Below, piece after piece: positions 27,752-38,076 of a stretch of DNA of 64,000 nt. Both the position numbers and the translations under genes were made by a program. Source of the stretch: Candidatus Heimdallarchaeum aukensis (GTDB lineage: Archaea > Asgardarchaeota > Heimdallarchaeia > Heimdallarchaeales > Heimdallarchaeaceae); the NCBI GenBank assembly GCA_021513695.1, contig CP084166.1, positions 1,120,001 through 1,184,000 on the forward strand, given 5' to 3'. The notes under the pieces are model-generated. The model saw only the letters and a list, made by a program, of their open reading frames with translations. It was not told the origin of the DNA and made no database searches. Positions within the stretch are counted from its first letter, which is position 1; each line of letters starts with the position of its first letter.

Positions 27752-29266
27752 ATGCTTTATAAACTATTAAATTTTTTTGATTTTTTTCGACTTTTTTCTT
27801 TTTTTCTTTCTCTCATTCTTTTTCCTTATCAAAAAATAAATAAGAGTAAACTTACATTTTATATTATTATGCTTATAAAAACTGGTATTAATGAGCTTGA
27901 CCAGATGATTGATGGTGGTTTACGTACCCATTATTGTTATTCTATCAAGGGTTCTGCTGGTGCTGGTAAGACTGTTTTATCTATTTTTCTTGCTTGGGGT
28001 GCTCTCAATCAGGACATCCCTGTTGTTTTTATTAGTACTGAGATTGAACCTGATCGTATTATTCATTATTTTCACTCTTTTGGTCTTCCTGTTGAGGACT
28101 ACATTGACCGAGGGTTATTAGTCATTGATAAGATGTCTTTGAAGTCTTCTGGTGAGGAGATTATCCAGACTAACAGTTTTGATTTATCAGGTATTATTTT
28201 ACGTGTTACTAAGAAGATTGAGCGTATTCGAGCTAAGTTGGTTATTTTTGATTCTCTTTCTGCTTTTATTGCTGACTTTGAGTATAAAGACACTGCCCGT
28301 AGTAAGTATATTGATTTTATTAAGCGCATTACTAGTTTAGATACTTCTTTAATTATTACTATTGAGTGTGACCCTATTACTAGCAGTTCTCAGATTGACT
28401 ATTTAGTTGACGGTGTTATTGCTTTAAAGACCGAATTAATCAACAATCAGCTAATCAAGAAGATTTCTGTTCCTAAATTAAGAGAAGCCAAGCCTTTAGT
28501 TTATGAAAACCGTTATACTATTACTCAGAAAGGTTTTAGGATTTTCAAATCTGAGAGCGAGCCTTTGTTTACCGTTGATCGTTCTACTGGTATTAAGGTT
28601 TTGGACAATCTTTTAGGTGGAGGTATTGCTCGAGGTTCTGTTGTTTTAGTTGAGATCAATGGTGAGATTAATTATTTTCCTTTCTTCTTGACTCTTCTTT
28701 ACAATTATTTAACTCTAAACCATGGTGTTATCATTCATTCCAATGTTCAGATGAATGTTAATCGTATTTTGGAGGAGTTTGAGCGAGGTCAGTGTGACAT
28801 TTCTGACTACTTACGTGATGGTAATATTGTCTTTTTGGATAAGTACAATCGTTCTGTCACTGCTGTTGAAGCTAAAGAGATTCGTGATATGATTAACTTA
28901 GATGACATGTTAGCTATTACTGTTGAGATGATGCAGGCTTTTGGTTCTGACACTGAAGTTGTTGTTTTTGGTGATCTTACTGATGATGTTAACATTTTGA
29001 ATGAGCGTGATTTCTTAAAATTGTTTGCTCTTCAGTCTTACAACATTAAGGAGCATAATGCTATTTCCTTTTCTTTTATCAATTACAATGCTGTTGACAA
29101 AAAAATTCTCGCTCGTTTACGTACCACCTCTGATGTTATCATTCGTTTATCGCGTGAAAATTATTCTAACTACATTGAATGTTTGAAGAGCACTACTGGT
29201 GCTACATTTCTTGCTAAGAATATTGAATTTAAAAAAAGTTATCCTATGATTGAAATTGTTGAGTGA
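27752..29266 (+). CDS. KaiC-like tandem RecA-superfamily ATPase (N-domain with Walker A, degenerate C-domain); true start possibly at 27869 (MLIKTGINELDQ)
   Basis: GINELDQMIDGGL...IKGSAGAGKT (Walker A) in domain 1. Domain 2 (GIKVLDNLLGGGIARGSVVLVEINGE) lacks a P-loop. The first ~39 codons of the ORF are low-complexity and hydrophobic. Confidence 0.7.
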   Translation: MLYKLLNFFDFFRLFSFFLSLILFPYQKINKSKLTFYIIMLIKTGINELDQMIDGGLRTHYCYSIKGSAGAGKTVLSIFLAWGALNQDIPVVFISTEIEPDRIIHYFHSFGLPVEDYIDRGLLVIDKMSLKSSGEEIIQTNSFDLSGIILRVTKKIERIRAKLVIFDSLSAFIADFEYKDTARSKYIDFIKRITSLDTSLIITIECDPITSSSQIDYLVDGVIALKTELINNQLIKKISVPKLREAKPLVYENRYTITQKGFRIFKSESEPLFTVDRSTGIKVLDNLLGGGIARGSVVLVEINGEINYFPFFLTLLYNYLTLNHGVIIHSNVQMNVNRILEEFERGQCDISDYLRDGNIVFLDKYNRSVTAVEAKEIRDMINLDDMLAITVEMMQAFGSDTEVVVFGDLTDDVNILNERDFLKLFALQSYNIKEHNAISFSFINYNAVDKKILARLRTTSDVIIRLSRENYSNYIECLKSTTGATFLAKNIEFKKSYPMIEIVE

Positions 29267-29275
29267 GGAAGTATT

Positions 29276-29524
29276 ATGCACAAGATTTTATACTTCAAGA
29301 GCAAAACTTGTAACTGGTGTCCTTTTGTCGAATCGATTTTAAAGAAGATTGTTTCTGAAAAATCTACTTTAGAGTTAGAAGTTATTGATATTGAAGAAAA
29401 TTATGAAATCGCTGAAAAGTATAATATTATCGCTGTTCCTACTATTATTCTTCCTAACTCTACTAAAATTGTTGGTGCTACCGATGAAACTTTTCTACGC
29501 CAGCAGTTATCATTTTTTTTGTGA
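29276..29524 (+). CDS. thioredoxin/glutaredoxin-like small redox protein (CNWC active site)
   Basis: 82 aa with a CxxC (CNWCP) at the start of helix 1 and a cis-Pro-like AVPT motif. Confidence 0.6.
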   Translation: MHKILYFKSKTCNWCPFVESILKKIVSEKSTLELEVIDIEENYEIAEKYNIIAVPTIILPNSTKIVGATDETFLRQQLSFFL

Positions 29525-29641
29525 TTGGTGAGAACTGCTTTCTTTTTGTTCTTTTTTTTGGTAAATTGTTTTTTTCGTTCTTTAATTCTACTTTCATCTC
29601 TATAAGAAAACTCTTTAAATTCTTTTCTTTTTTGTAAATTA

Positions 29642-32266
29642 ATGACTTGGTCCTTAAATGATTCAAAGCTTATCTATGGTGTTGATCAAAACGATCTTTA
29701 TTTTTTAGATATTAATGATCAAGGTGAACTTTTACTTAAGCTTAAGGATCAATCTATTTCTTTTAATGAAATCATCAATCTTGTTAAGTCTCAGTTTAAC
29801 TCTTCTTCTCTCTCTTCTGTTCCTTCATTTACTCTTCGCATTCCTCAATTAATAACTGAACAAATTTCCAAACTTAACACTTGTTTCCAGTCTGCTATTC
29901 ATCAATATCAATATTCTGGCAATTTTCAAGGCATCTATCCTATTAAAGTTAATTCTTTGAGTTATGTTCTTGAAACTATTAAAGCGAACAGTCCTTCCTA
30001 TGCTTTTGAAGCTGGAACTGTTAATGAATTAGATGTTTTGCTTTCTCTTCTTCGTGATGATAAAACTCGTATGATAATGTGTAACGGTGTTAAAGATTCA
30101 GACTATATAGATAAGATTAGAGGAGCTCTTAACGATGGTTATTCTATTGTTATTAGTTTGGAGTCATGCTCTGAGTCTACTACCATTCTTGATTTAATAG
30201 ACCATGATTTACTTAAACTTGCTTTGAGAATCAAACCCTATCCCACTGTTAAATCTCATTGGGGAAGTTCTTCTGGTCGCGATTCTAAATTTGGTTTATC
30301 TATTCATGAATTTAAGCGCATTATTAATTTGTTAGAAAAAAGAGGAGTAAAGGATAAAGTTATTGCTATTCACGCTCATCCTGGTTCTCAGATTATTGAT
30401 ATTGATGGTTTAAGGTTCTTTGTTCTGTATCTTTCAAACAGGTATTTAGAACTTAAGCGTCTTGGTTTCACCAACCTTAACAATATAGACTTTGGTGGAG
30501 GTATACCTATTAATTATGATAATAGGTTACCCTCTGACATTTTAGATAATTATGTTAAAACGCTTGTATTAACTCTAAAAGAGACTATCACCGATTCTGA
30601 CGTTCAACCTAATATTTGGATTGAAGCAGGAAGGTTTCTTACTGCTCCCTCTTCCTTAATTATTGTTGAAACTATTGCTCTTTACTCTATTTTCCCCTCT
30701 GAAGAGAGTTTAAATGACCATAAGGCTATGATTAGCTCAATGCTTGAAAAAATCACTCATCCTTCTTCGATACTTAATTTATTTTCTCATTGGACTGAAT
30801 TACAATCTCCTACAATCGACTCAAATGTTAACGAAATCTTGAAGACTGAAATTTTGATGAAACACTTAAAATTAGCTATCAGAGAAAAAATGATGAATTT
30901 TGATGATGAGCAAAAGTTCAACAGGATTTTTGATTTAGATTTGGATGAGATATTCTATGAGATTTATTCCCCTGAACATATCTTAATCGGTAATTTCAGT
31001 GTTTTCAATACTATTATTGATTGGTTACTTGTTGGTCAATATTTTCCTATTCTTCCTATAGACAATCTTGATCATCAACCTGTTTCTTTAGCTAGATTGG
31101 TGGATAAAACATGTGATTCTGATGGTGAGATATCTATTTACCATCCTGTCTTTAATGAAGAAAAGATTTTGTATACCAAGGATGGTTTTCCATTAACAGT
31201 CAAAGACAAGAAATTTAATCTCATGGGCTTTCCTATTGGTTGTTTGCCTACTAATTTCCCATATTATTTAGTTATTGCTTTAACAGGTGCCTACCAAGAT
31301 AACATTAAGATGCATCACAATCTAATTGAGCCATTAAGTAGTATTATTATCAAGCATGAGAATGGGCAGTGGACTATTACTAGCAGTTCTCAGATTGACT
31401 ATTTAGTTGACGGTGTTATTGCTTTAAAGACCGAATTAATCAACAATCAGCTAATCAAGAAGATTTCTGTTCCTAAATTAAGAGAAGCCAAGCCTTTAGT
31501 TTATGAAAACCGTTATACTATTACTCAGAAAGGTTTTAGGATTTTCAAATCTGAGAGCGAGCCTTTGTTTACCGTTGATCGTTCTACTGGTATTAAGGTT
31601 TTGGACAATCTTTTAGGTGGAGGTATTGCTCGAGGTTCTGTTGTTTTAGTTGAGATCAATGGTGAGATTAATTATTTTCCTTTCTTCTTGACTCTTCTTT
31701 ACAATTATTTAACTCTAAACCATGGTGTTATCATTCATTCCAATGTTCAGATGAATGTTAATCGTATTTTGGAGGAGTTTGAGCGAGGTCAGTGTGACAT
31801 TTCTGACTACTTACGTGATGGTAATATTGTCTTTTTGGATAAGTACAATCGTTCTGTCACTGCTGTTGAAGCTAAAGAGATTCGTGATATGATTAACTTA
31901 GATGACATGTTAGCTATTACTGTTGAGATGATGCAGGCTTTTGGTTCTGACACTGAAGTTGTTGTTTTTGGTGATCTTACTGATGATGTTAACATTTTGA
32001 ATGAGCGTGATTTCTTAAAATTGTTTGCTCTTCAGTCTTACAACATTAAGGAGCATAATGCTATTTCCTTTTCTTTTATCAATTACAATGCTGTTGACAA
32101 AAAAATTCTCGCTCGTTTACGTACCACCTCTGATGTTATCATTCGTTTATCGCGTGAAAATTATTCTAACTACATTGAATGTTTGAAGAGCACTACTGGT
32201 GCTACATTTCTTGCTAAGAATATTGAATTTAAAAAAAGTTATCCTATGATTGAAATTGTTGAGTGA
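29642..32266 (+). CDS. chimeric ORF: biosynthetic arginine decarboxylase (SpeA-like) residues 1..~579 fused in frame to the C-terminal half of the KaiC-like ATPase; a product of the tandem duplication
   Basis: The N-part is identical to 32644..34375 (SpeA). The C-part is identical to 28374..29266 (KaiC-like C-domain). The junction is at 31373/31374. Confidence 0.6.
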   Translation: MTWSLNDSKLIYGVDQNDLYFLDINDQGELLLKLKDQSISFNEIINLVKSQFNSSSLSSVPSFTLRIPQLITEQISKLNTCFQSAIHQYQYSGNFQGIYPIKVNSLSYVLETIKANSPSYAFEAGTVNELDVLLSLLRDDKTRMIMCNGVKDSDYIDKIRGALNDGYSIVISLESCSESTTILDLIDHDLLKLALRIKPYPTVKSHWGSSSGRDSKFGLSIHEFKRIINLLEKRGVKDKVIAIHAHPGSQIIDIDGLRFFVLYLSNRYLELKRLGFTNLNNIDFGGGIPINYDNRLPSDILDNYVKTLVLTLKETITDSDVQPNIWIEAGRFLTAPSSLIIVETIALYSIFPSEESLNDHKAMISSMLEKITHPSSILNLFSHWTELQSPTIDSNVNEILKTEILMKHLKLAIREKMMNFDDEQKFNRIFDLDLDEIFYEIYSPEHILIGNFSVFNTIIDWLLVGQYFPILPIDNLDHQPVSLARLVDKTCDSDGEISIYHPVFNEEKILYTKDGFPLTVKDKKFNLMGFPIGCLPTNFPYYLVIALTGAYQDNIKMHHNLIEPLSSIIIKHENGQWTITSSSQIDYLVDGVIALKTELINNQLIKKISVPKLREAKPLVYENRYTITQKGFRIFKSESEPLFTVDRSTGIKVLDNLLGGGIARGSVVLVEINGEINYFPFFLTLLYNYLTLNHGVIIHSNVQMNVNRILEEFERGQCDISDYLRDGNIVFLDKYNRSVTAVEAKEIRDMINLDDMLAITVEMMQAFGSDTEVVVFGDLTDDVNILNERDFLKLFALQSYNIKEHNAISFSFINYNAVDKKILARLRTTSDVIIRLSRENYSNYIECLKSTTGATFLAKNIEFKKSYPMIEIVE

Positions 32267-32275
32267 GGAAGTATT

Positions 32276-32524
32276 ATGCACAAGATTTTATACTTCAAGA
32301 GCAAAACTTGTAACTGGTGTCCTTTTGTCGAATCGATTTTAAAGAAGATTGTTTCTGAAAAATCTACTTTAGAGTTAGAAGTTATTGATATTGAAGAAAA
32401 TTATGAAATCGCTGAAAAGTATAATATTATCGCTGTTCCTACTATTATTCTTCCTAACTCTACTAAAATTGTTGGTGCTACCGATGAAACTTTTCTACGC
32501 CAGCAGTTATCATTTTTTTTGTGA
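32276..32524 (+). CDS. thioredoxin-like protein, duplicate copy
   Basis: Identical to 29276..29524. Confidence 0.6.
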   Translation: MHKILYFKSKTCNWCPFVESILKKIVSEKSTLELEVIDIEENYEIAEKYNIIAVPTIILPNSTKIVGATDETFLRQQLSFFL

Positions 32525-32643
32525 TTGGTGAGAACTGCTTTCTTTTTTTTGTTCTTTTTTTGGTAAATTGTTTTTTTCGTTCTTTAATTCTACTTTCATC
32601 TCTATAAGAAAACTCTTTAAATTCTTTTCTTTTTTGTAAATTA

Positions 32644-34401
32644 ATGACTTGGTCCTTAAATGATTCAAAGCTTATCTATGGTGTTGATCAAAACGATCTT
32701 TATTTTTTAGATATTAATGATCAAGGTGAACTTTTACTTAAGCTTAAGGATCAATCTATTTCTTTTAATGAAATCATCAATCTTGTTAAGTCTCAGTTTA
32801 ACTCTTCTTCTCTCTCTTCTGTTCCTTCATTTACTCTTCGCATTCCTCAATTAATAACTGAACAAATTTCCAAACTTAACACTTGTTTCCAGTCTGCTAT
32901 TCATCAATATCAATATTCTGGCAATTTTCAAGGCATCTATCCTATTAAAGTTAATTCTTTGAGTTATGTTCTTGAAACTATTAAAGCGAACAGTCCTTCC
33001 TATGCTTTTGAAGCTGGAACTGTTAATGAATTAGATGTTTTGCTTTCTCTTCTTCGTGATGATAAAACTCGTATGATAATGTGTAACGGTGTTAAAGATT
33101 CAGACTATATAGATAAGATTAGAGGAGCTCTTAACGATGGTTATTCTATTGTTATTAGTTTGGAGTCATGCTCTGAGTCTACTACCATTCTTGATTTAAT
33201 AGACCATGATTTACTTAAACTTGCTTTGAGAATCAAACCCTATCCCACTGTTAAATCTCATTGGGGAAGTTCTTCTGGTCGCGATTCTAAATTTGGTTTA
33301 TCTATTCATGAATTTAAGCGCATTATTAATTTGTTAGAAAAAAGAGGAGTAAAGGATAAAGTTATTGCTATTCACGCTCATCCTGGTTCTCAGATTATTG
33401 ATATTGATGGTTTAAGGTTCTTTGTTCTGTATCTTTCAAACAGGTATTTAGAACTTAAGCGTCTTGGTTTCACCAACCTTAACAATATAGACTTTGGTGG
33501 AGGTATACCTATTAATTATGATAATAGGTTACCCTCTGACATTTTAGATAATTATGTTAAAACGCTTGTATTAACTCTAAAAGAGACTATCACCGATTCT
33601 GACGTTCAACCTAATATTTGGATTGAAGCAGGAAGGTTTCTTACTGCTCCCTCTTCCTTAATTATTGTTGAAACTATTGCTCTTTACTCTATTTTCCCCT
33701 CTGAAGAGAGTTTAAATGACCATAAGGCTATGATTAGCTCAATGCTTGAAAAAATCACTCATCCTTCTTCGATACTTAATTTATTTTCTCATTGGACTGA
33801 ATTACAATCTCCTACAATCGACTCAAATGTTAACGAAATCTTGAAGACTGAAATTTTGATGAAACACTTAAAATTAGCTATCAGAGAAAAAATGATGAAT
33901 TTTGATGATGAGCAAAAGTTCAACAGGATTTTTGATTTAGATTTGGATGAGATATTCTATGAGATTTATTCCCCTGAACATATCTTAATCGGTAATTTCA
34001 GTGTTTTCAATACTATTATTGATTGGTTACTTGTTGGTCAATATTTTCCTATTCTTCCTATAGACAATCTTGATCATCAACCTGTTTCTTTAGCTAGATT
34101 GGTGGATAAAACATGTGATTCTGATGGTGAGATATCTATTTACCATCCTGTCTTTAATGAAGAAAAGATTTTGTATACCAAGGATGGTTTTCCATTAACA
34201 GTCAAAGACAAGAAATTTAATCTCATGGGCTTTCCTATTGGTTGTTTGCCTACTAATTTCCCATATTATTTAGTTATTGCTTTAACAGGTGCCTACCAAG
34301 ATAACATTAAGATGCATCACAATCTAATTGAGCCATTAAGTAGTATTATTATCAAGCATGAGAATGGGCAGTGGAATGTTTTATATTATAGAGATAAATA
34401 A
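32644..34401 (+). CDS. speA: biosynthetic arginine decarboxylase (SpeA; PLP-dependent fold-III decarboxylase)
   Basis: YPIKVN, HAHPGSQI and DFGGG motifs characteristic of SpeA. About 585 aa. Confidence 0.8.
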   Translation: MTWSLNDSKLIYGVDQNDLYFLDINDQGELLLKLKDQSISFNEIINLVKSQFNSSSLSSVPSFTLRIPQLITEQISKLNTCFQSAIHQYQYSGNFQGIYPIKVNSLSYVLETIKANSPSYAFEAGTVNELDVLLSLLRDDKTRMIMCNGVKDSDYIDKIRGALNDGYSIVISLESCSESTTILDLIDHDLLKLALRIKPYPTVKSHWGSSSGRDSKFGLSIHEFKRIINLLEKRGVKDKVIAIHAHPGSQIIDIDGLRFFVLYLSNRYLELKRLGFTNLNNIDFGGGIPINYDNRLPSDILDNYVKTLVLTLKETITDSDVQPNIWIEAGRFLTAPSSLIIVETIALYSIFPSEESLNDHKAMISSMLEKITHPSSILNLFSHWTELQSPTIDSNVNEILKTEILMKHLKLAIREKMMNFDDEQKFNRIFDLDLDEIFYEIYSPEHILIGNFSVFNTIIDWLLVGQYFPILPIDNLDHQPVSLARLVDKTCDSDGEISIYHPVFNEEKILYTKDGFPLTVKDKKFNLMGFPIGCLPTNFPYYLVIALTGAYQDNIKMHHNLIEPLSSIIIKHENGQWNVLYYRDK

Positions 34402-34462
34402 AACAGATAATTTTATAAACAGTTGTTTTTCATTATCATTCGACCATTTAAAAGAGGACCAT

Positions 34463-34816
34463 TTAATGAGCATGCGAGAATCTATTGTTAAAACGTTAAA
34501 AGAAATAAAAGATGAATATAGAGAAGTTGAGACTACAGACAAAATTTTAGATCTAATCAGTTTAGTTGGTATTGTACTCTTCTTTGTAAGTGCGTTAGTA
34601 ATGAGTTTGAACAATAAAATTAATCCTATCAACATTGCTTTCTCTATCTATCCATTAGCTATTGCTGGTACTGCTACTGCTATACGAATGAAACTTAAAA
34701 AGATAACCAATGAAGAAGAAGCCTCTAGAGTTTTTAGAGAATACATAACAATTGTTAGTTTATTAACAGTATTAGTATTAATTGTGATTTTATTTACTGT
34801 AATAATTTATGTTTAA
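34463..34816 (+). CDS. small membrane protein (2-3 TM); the track ORF starts at 34358 but overlaps the speA end, so a later start is used
   Basis: Hydrophobic helices in the C-terminal two-thirds. Confidence 0.4.
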   Translation, partial: LMSMRESIVKTLKEIKDEYREVETTDKILDLISLVGIVLFFVSALVMSLNNKINPINIAFSIYPLAIAGTATAIRMKLKKITNEEEASRVFREYITIVSLLTVLVLIVILFTVIIYV

Positions 34817-34870
34817 TTCACTTCTTTTTTTAAAAAGTACCACAAATTTTTTTATATACAATATGGTTAT

Positions 34871-36283
34871 TTGTGGACAATGAGTTACAATATTGAAAAG
34901 CAATATACTAGAGTTATTAAATATGGTATGAGTTTAGGTGTGAGGAGAGTATTTGAAACCGTTGTTTTTGCAGTTACTATCTTTAGTATGACTTTTATTT
35001 ACCTTTATGTACTTTTTACTGAAAATGTTTCAGCTATTGGAAAATACATTTTCTTTCCTATTGGAATATTTTTAGAGATTGTGCTTATTTTAGCATACAT
35101 TGAAAACCATTATAGCATAGAGATTTTTGGTGAGATTGTTACAAAATTTTTCACTATCCTTAGCATTTTATCTCTTTTAATGATAGTTATTTATTCTTCT
35201 ATTCCCGCACTCTATACTACCAGAACACTTGATGGAGTAAACACTTCTCTTTTAGTTATTTACTTTATTTTAGTTGTTGTTGAAACGGGCTATTTTTTGT
35301 ATTCTGTTCCTAGAGGCGAGTTATCTGAGTCTTTTGGAATGGAGAAGCAGTTTTCTATTTTGGAAAAGAAACTAAAAAGCATTGACTTAGATTCCTTACC
35401 TGTTGAAAAGGCAATTAAAAAAGGAATTGAGACTTTAAAGAAGAAAGTTTCTGAGAATGGTGTCTGGGGTTCTTTAAATCCCCTTTATGAGACTGCAATG
35501 GTACTAGATTTTTTCCATTCCCAGAATTATGAAATAGATTCATCTTGGACTATTAAGACTTCTCAAGGCAAAAAAATTGTTTCTCTAAAGAATTCATTTG
35601 ACTATATCTCCACGATCGTTGACATGCTTGAAGAATCTGAAATTTCTTACGAACAATTGTACATTCTATATGTTGTTAGCTTATTTGACCCTTCAACTCT
35701 TGACCCTCACCTTAATTTGATTGAAAACTTCAAAAATGAATTAAAAGAGGAAACTGAATGGGATTTTATTAATTCTCTTAATCAATTTTCTCCAAACATC
35801 AGATCAAGAAGTAGTCCTAACCATTTTGTTTTCGCTTATATTGCTGATGTAATTGGAGATATAGAGTTATTAGATCGAATTTCTATGTTATTTACAAAAA
35901 GCATAGACATTATAATCAAAAGAGGTTATTCTCGATTTTCTACATCAAAAACAGGAAGAACACCTATGGAAATGTTTGCTCGATTAATGTTGACCTTATA
36001 TCACATTAGAAGAATGCCACCTAAAAGGCAAGAATTTCTAAAAGCTGTTCAGCAAACTCAATTTATCGAAGGAAGCTGGGAAGATGATATAGGAACAACA
36101 GGCTATGTTATGCAATCCTTAATTCCAAGCGAAACAATTGAATCCATGCCCTTAAAGAAAGGTACTCTATACTTGCTTGCGATGCAAGATAAGGAAGGAA
36201 TGTGGAACGGTAGTATTGAGGAGACAATAATTGCTCTTAAAACACTTATTCAAGTCAGGAAATTCATTGAAGAACAAGTCTAA
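34871..36283 (+). CDS. membrane-anchored protein with possible prenyltransferase/terpene-cyclase-like (alpha-alpha toroid) repeats
   Basis: About 4 N-terminal TM helices, then a soluble domain with repeated aromatic-Gly motifs (ENGVWGSL, EGSWEDDIGTTGY, KEGMWNGS). The domain call is weak. Confidence 0.4.
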   Translation: MWTMSYNIEKQYTRVIKYGMSLGVRRVFETVVFAVTIFSMTFIYLYVLFTENVSAIGKYIFFPIGIFLEIVLILAYIENHYSIEIFGEIVTKFFTILSILSLLMIVIYSSIPALYTTRTLDGVNTSLLVIYFILVVVETGYFLYSVPRGELSESFGMEKQFSILEKKLKSIDLDSLPVEKAIKKGIETLKKKVSENGVWGSLNPLYETAMVLDFFHSQNYEIDSSWTIKTSQGKKIVSLKNSFDYISTIVDMLEESEISYEQLYILYVVSLFDPSTLDPHLNLIENFKNELKEETEWDFINSLNQFSPNIRSRSSPNHFVFAYIADVIGDIELLDRISMLFTKSIDIIIKRGYSRFSTSKTGRTPMEMFARLMLTLYHIRRMPPKRQEFLKAVQQTQFIEGSWEDDIGTTGYVMQSLIPSETIESMPLKKGTLYLLAMQDKEGMWNGSIEETIIALKTLIQVRKFIEEQV

Positions 36284-36354
36284 TTTTTTCTTACTCTTTT
36301 CTTACTACATTTCATATTCACAATTCTTTTAAGAATAAATAAAAAATACAATAT

Positions 36355-37155
36355 ATGGCAGATATTATTCACATTTTACTATACATTCAAACAGCAACAG
36401 TAATATTATGTTTATTATATGGTTCTATTATAGACATCTTTAAACGCGAGATTTCTGATATTCCGTGGATTGTTATGGTTGTAGAGGGGATCATTACTTC
36501 CATTCTTATGATTATTTTTTATGAGGACAAAAAAGAGATCTGGAGAATTATAGGAATAAACTTCTCTCTCGCATTAATTATAGGAATAATTATTTATTAT
36601 ACTGGGATCATGGGAGGAGCTGATGCTAAAGCTATAATGGCTTTATCTGTAAATACTGCTATTTTTCCTTTTGATTTTCCATTAACAAAACTAACTGTTT
36701 ATCTTTTCTTACCTCCTGTATTCAATATCTTTTTCAACTGGTTACTTGCGATAATTATTTTTTATCCTATTCCTTTAGCAATTTACAATGTGATTCTGAA
36801 AATTAAAGGAGTAAAACTATTCAATGAAACTCATGCAAATTTCTTTGATAAAATTCTCTCTTTAATCTCAGGTTATGTAATTCAAGTTGAAAAAGCCAAA
36901 GATAGAGTAGATATTGTTTATTCTGAAGTTTATAATCAAAAGAATGAACGTTGGGAAGTTAAACATTTTATGAAGGTAGAAGAACAGGAAGAAGAAGACA
37001 AATTCAAGCGTGAAGTTGAAGAATGGATTGATAAAACTAATAAAAAATACATCTGGGTTAAAGTTCTTCCTCCTGGAATAGTGTTCTTGCTAATAGGTTA
37101 CATCGTTTCATTATTTATTGGGAATCCTTTATTCGCTTTATTTACTATTCTTTGA
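36355..37155 (+). CDS. A24-family aspartic peptidase (archaeal prepilin/preflagellin peptidase, PibD/FlaK-like)
   Basis: Polytopic protein with the second catalytic motif GGADAK (consensus GG[AG]DxK) and an N-terminal Asp region (IDIFKREISD). Confidence 0.65.
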   Translation: MADIIHILLYIQTATVILCLLYGSIIDIFKREISDIPWIVMVVEGIITSILMIIFYEDKKEIWRIIGINFSLALIIGIIIYYTGIMGGADAKAIMALSVNTAIFPFDFPLTKLTVYLFLPPVFNIFFNWLLAIIIFYPIPLAIYNVILKIKGVKLFNETHANFFDKILSLISGYVIQVEKAKDRVDIVYSEVYNQKNERWEVKHFMKVEEQEEEDKFKREVEEWIDKTNKKYIWVKVLPPGIVFLLIGYIVSLFIGNPLFALFTIL

Positions 37156-37177
37156 TTCTCTTTTCTTTCTTTTTGTT

Positions 37178-37813
37178 TTATATTCCTTGATTATGTTTAT
37201 CAAACATACTTGCTTCTGTTAAATTTAGTGCAATTGCTAACTCAGCTACTATCCCATCCAAGAAGGATAAAGCTGCACTTTCAAACATTGTTCCTTCTGG
37301 AGTTAAAGTACTATCTAGTCCTATTTCTCTTCTTGCAAGATCGGTTTTTGTACGCCCAATTAATTTGACTGTTACATCTCCTAATCTTCCTATCACACTT
37401 AAAGGATAACTTGTTATAACAATCACGAATGGATTCCAAATTAAGTATGTTTCCAAAACTGCTTTTACAATTGGAGTTGTTCCTGACCCACTTATAACCA
37501 CTATCGTTTCTCCTTCTTTCACTCTTGGAACAGACCGTGAGTTAGTTATAAATCTTGATTCTGCGCCTAAATGTTCTAAACGGGTTTGAAACATCTGTCC
37601 TACCATTGCAGAACGTCCACTAGCCAAAATGAATATTCTTCTTTCATTTTTGATATCATCAAGCAGTCTATCTCTAACTGCTGTCACATACTCATGATGT
37701 TTCCTCATGTGTTCTACATTTTTCTTTAGATTATCGATCATTAATTCTATCGCTCTAAAAATGATTAGATCTTTATTTTCAGTTAATGACTCTTTATTCT
37801 TGGATTCATCCAT
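37178..37813 (-). CDS. SIS-domain sugar-phosphate isomerase, likely 6-phospho-3-hexuloisomerase (PHI)-like
   Basis: SIS motifs RIFILASGRSAMVGQMFQTRLEHLG and VISGSGTT. Length ~211 aa. Confidence 0.65.
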   Translation of the reverse strand: MDESKNKESLTENKDLIIFRAIELMIDNLKKNVEHMRKHHEYVTAVRDRLLDDIKNERRIFILASGRSAMVGQMFQTRLEHLGAESRFITNSRSVPRVKEGETIVVISGSGTTPIVKAVLETYLIWNPFVIVITSYPLSVIGRLGDVTVKLIGRTKTDLARREIGLDSTLTPEGTMFESAALSFLDGIVAELAIALNLTEASMFDKHNQGI

Positions 37814-38076
37814 TATTTTTTCGCTCCTTATTGCGAAATAATGAAATAGCTACAGTTTTTTTTTTACTGTAGAATTTATTTCTAAGCTAAAAGAACTACA
37901 ACTATTTTTAAATTAAATGGTTTAAACTAGAATTTTTATCAAACAAGGTACTGTTTGAAGCCCAAAAATCTCTTTTTTTCAGCAACTATTCCTTGCATAA
38001 TAATGCAAATATCAATACGAAAACTTTTTTTCCTAAAAAAAACAATGGAGAGATATAAGCTATAGGGACGAATCAT

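Larger units (their letters stand above)
28374..34375. repeat. direct tandem duplication, 2 x ~3.0 kb (28374..31373 and 31374..34375), near-100% identical
   Basis: Identity was checked by eye across the unit. Thioredoxin gene starts are at 29276 and 32276 and speA starts at 29642 and 32644. The only differences seen are homopolymer lengths in the 29540 vs 32540 intergenic T-tracts. Confidence 0.85.

Noticed and set aside
28374-34375. Treating 29642..32266 as a genuine multidomain SpeA-KaiC enzyme, or the two halves as diverged paralogous operons
   Set aside because: The two units are essentially identical at the nucleotide level, so the fusion is a by-product of a very recent duplication or an assembly artefact, not an evolved domain architecture.
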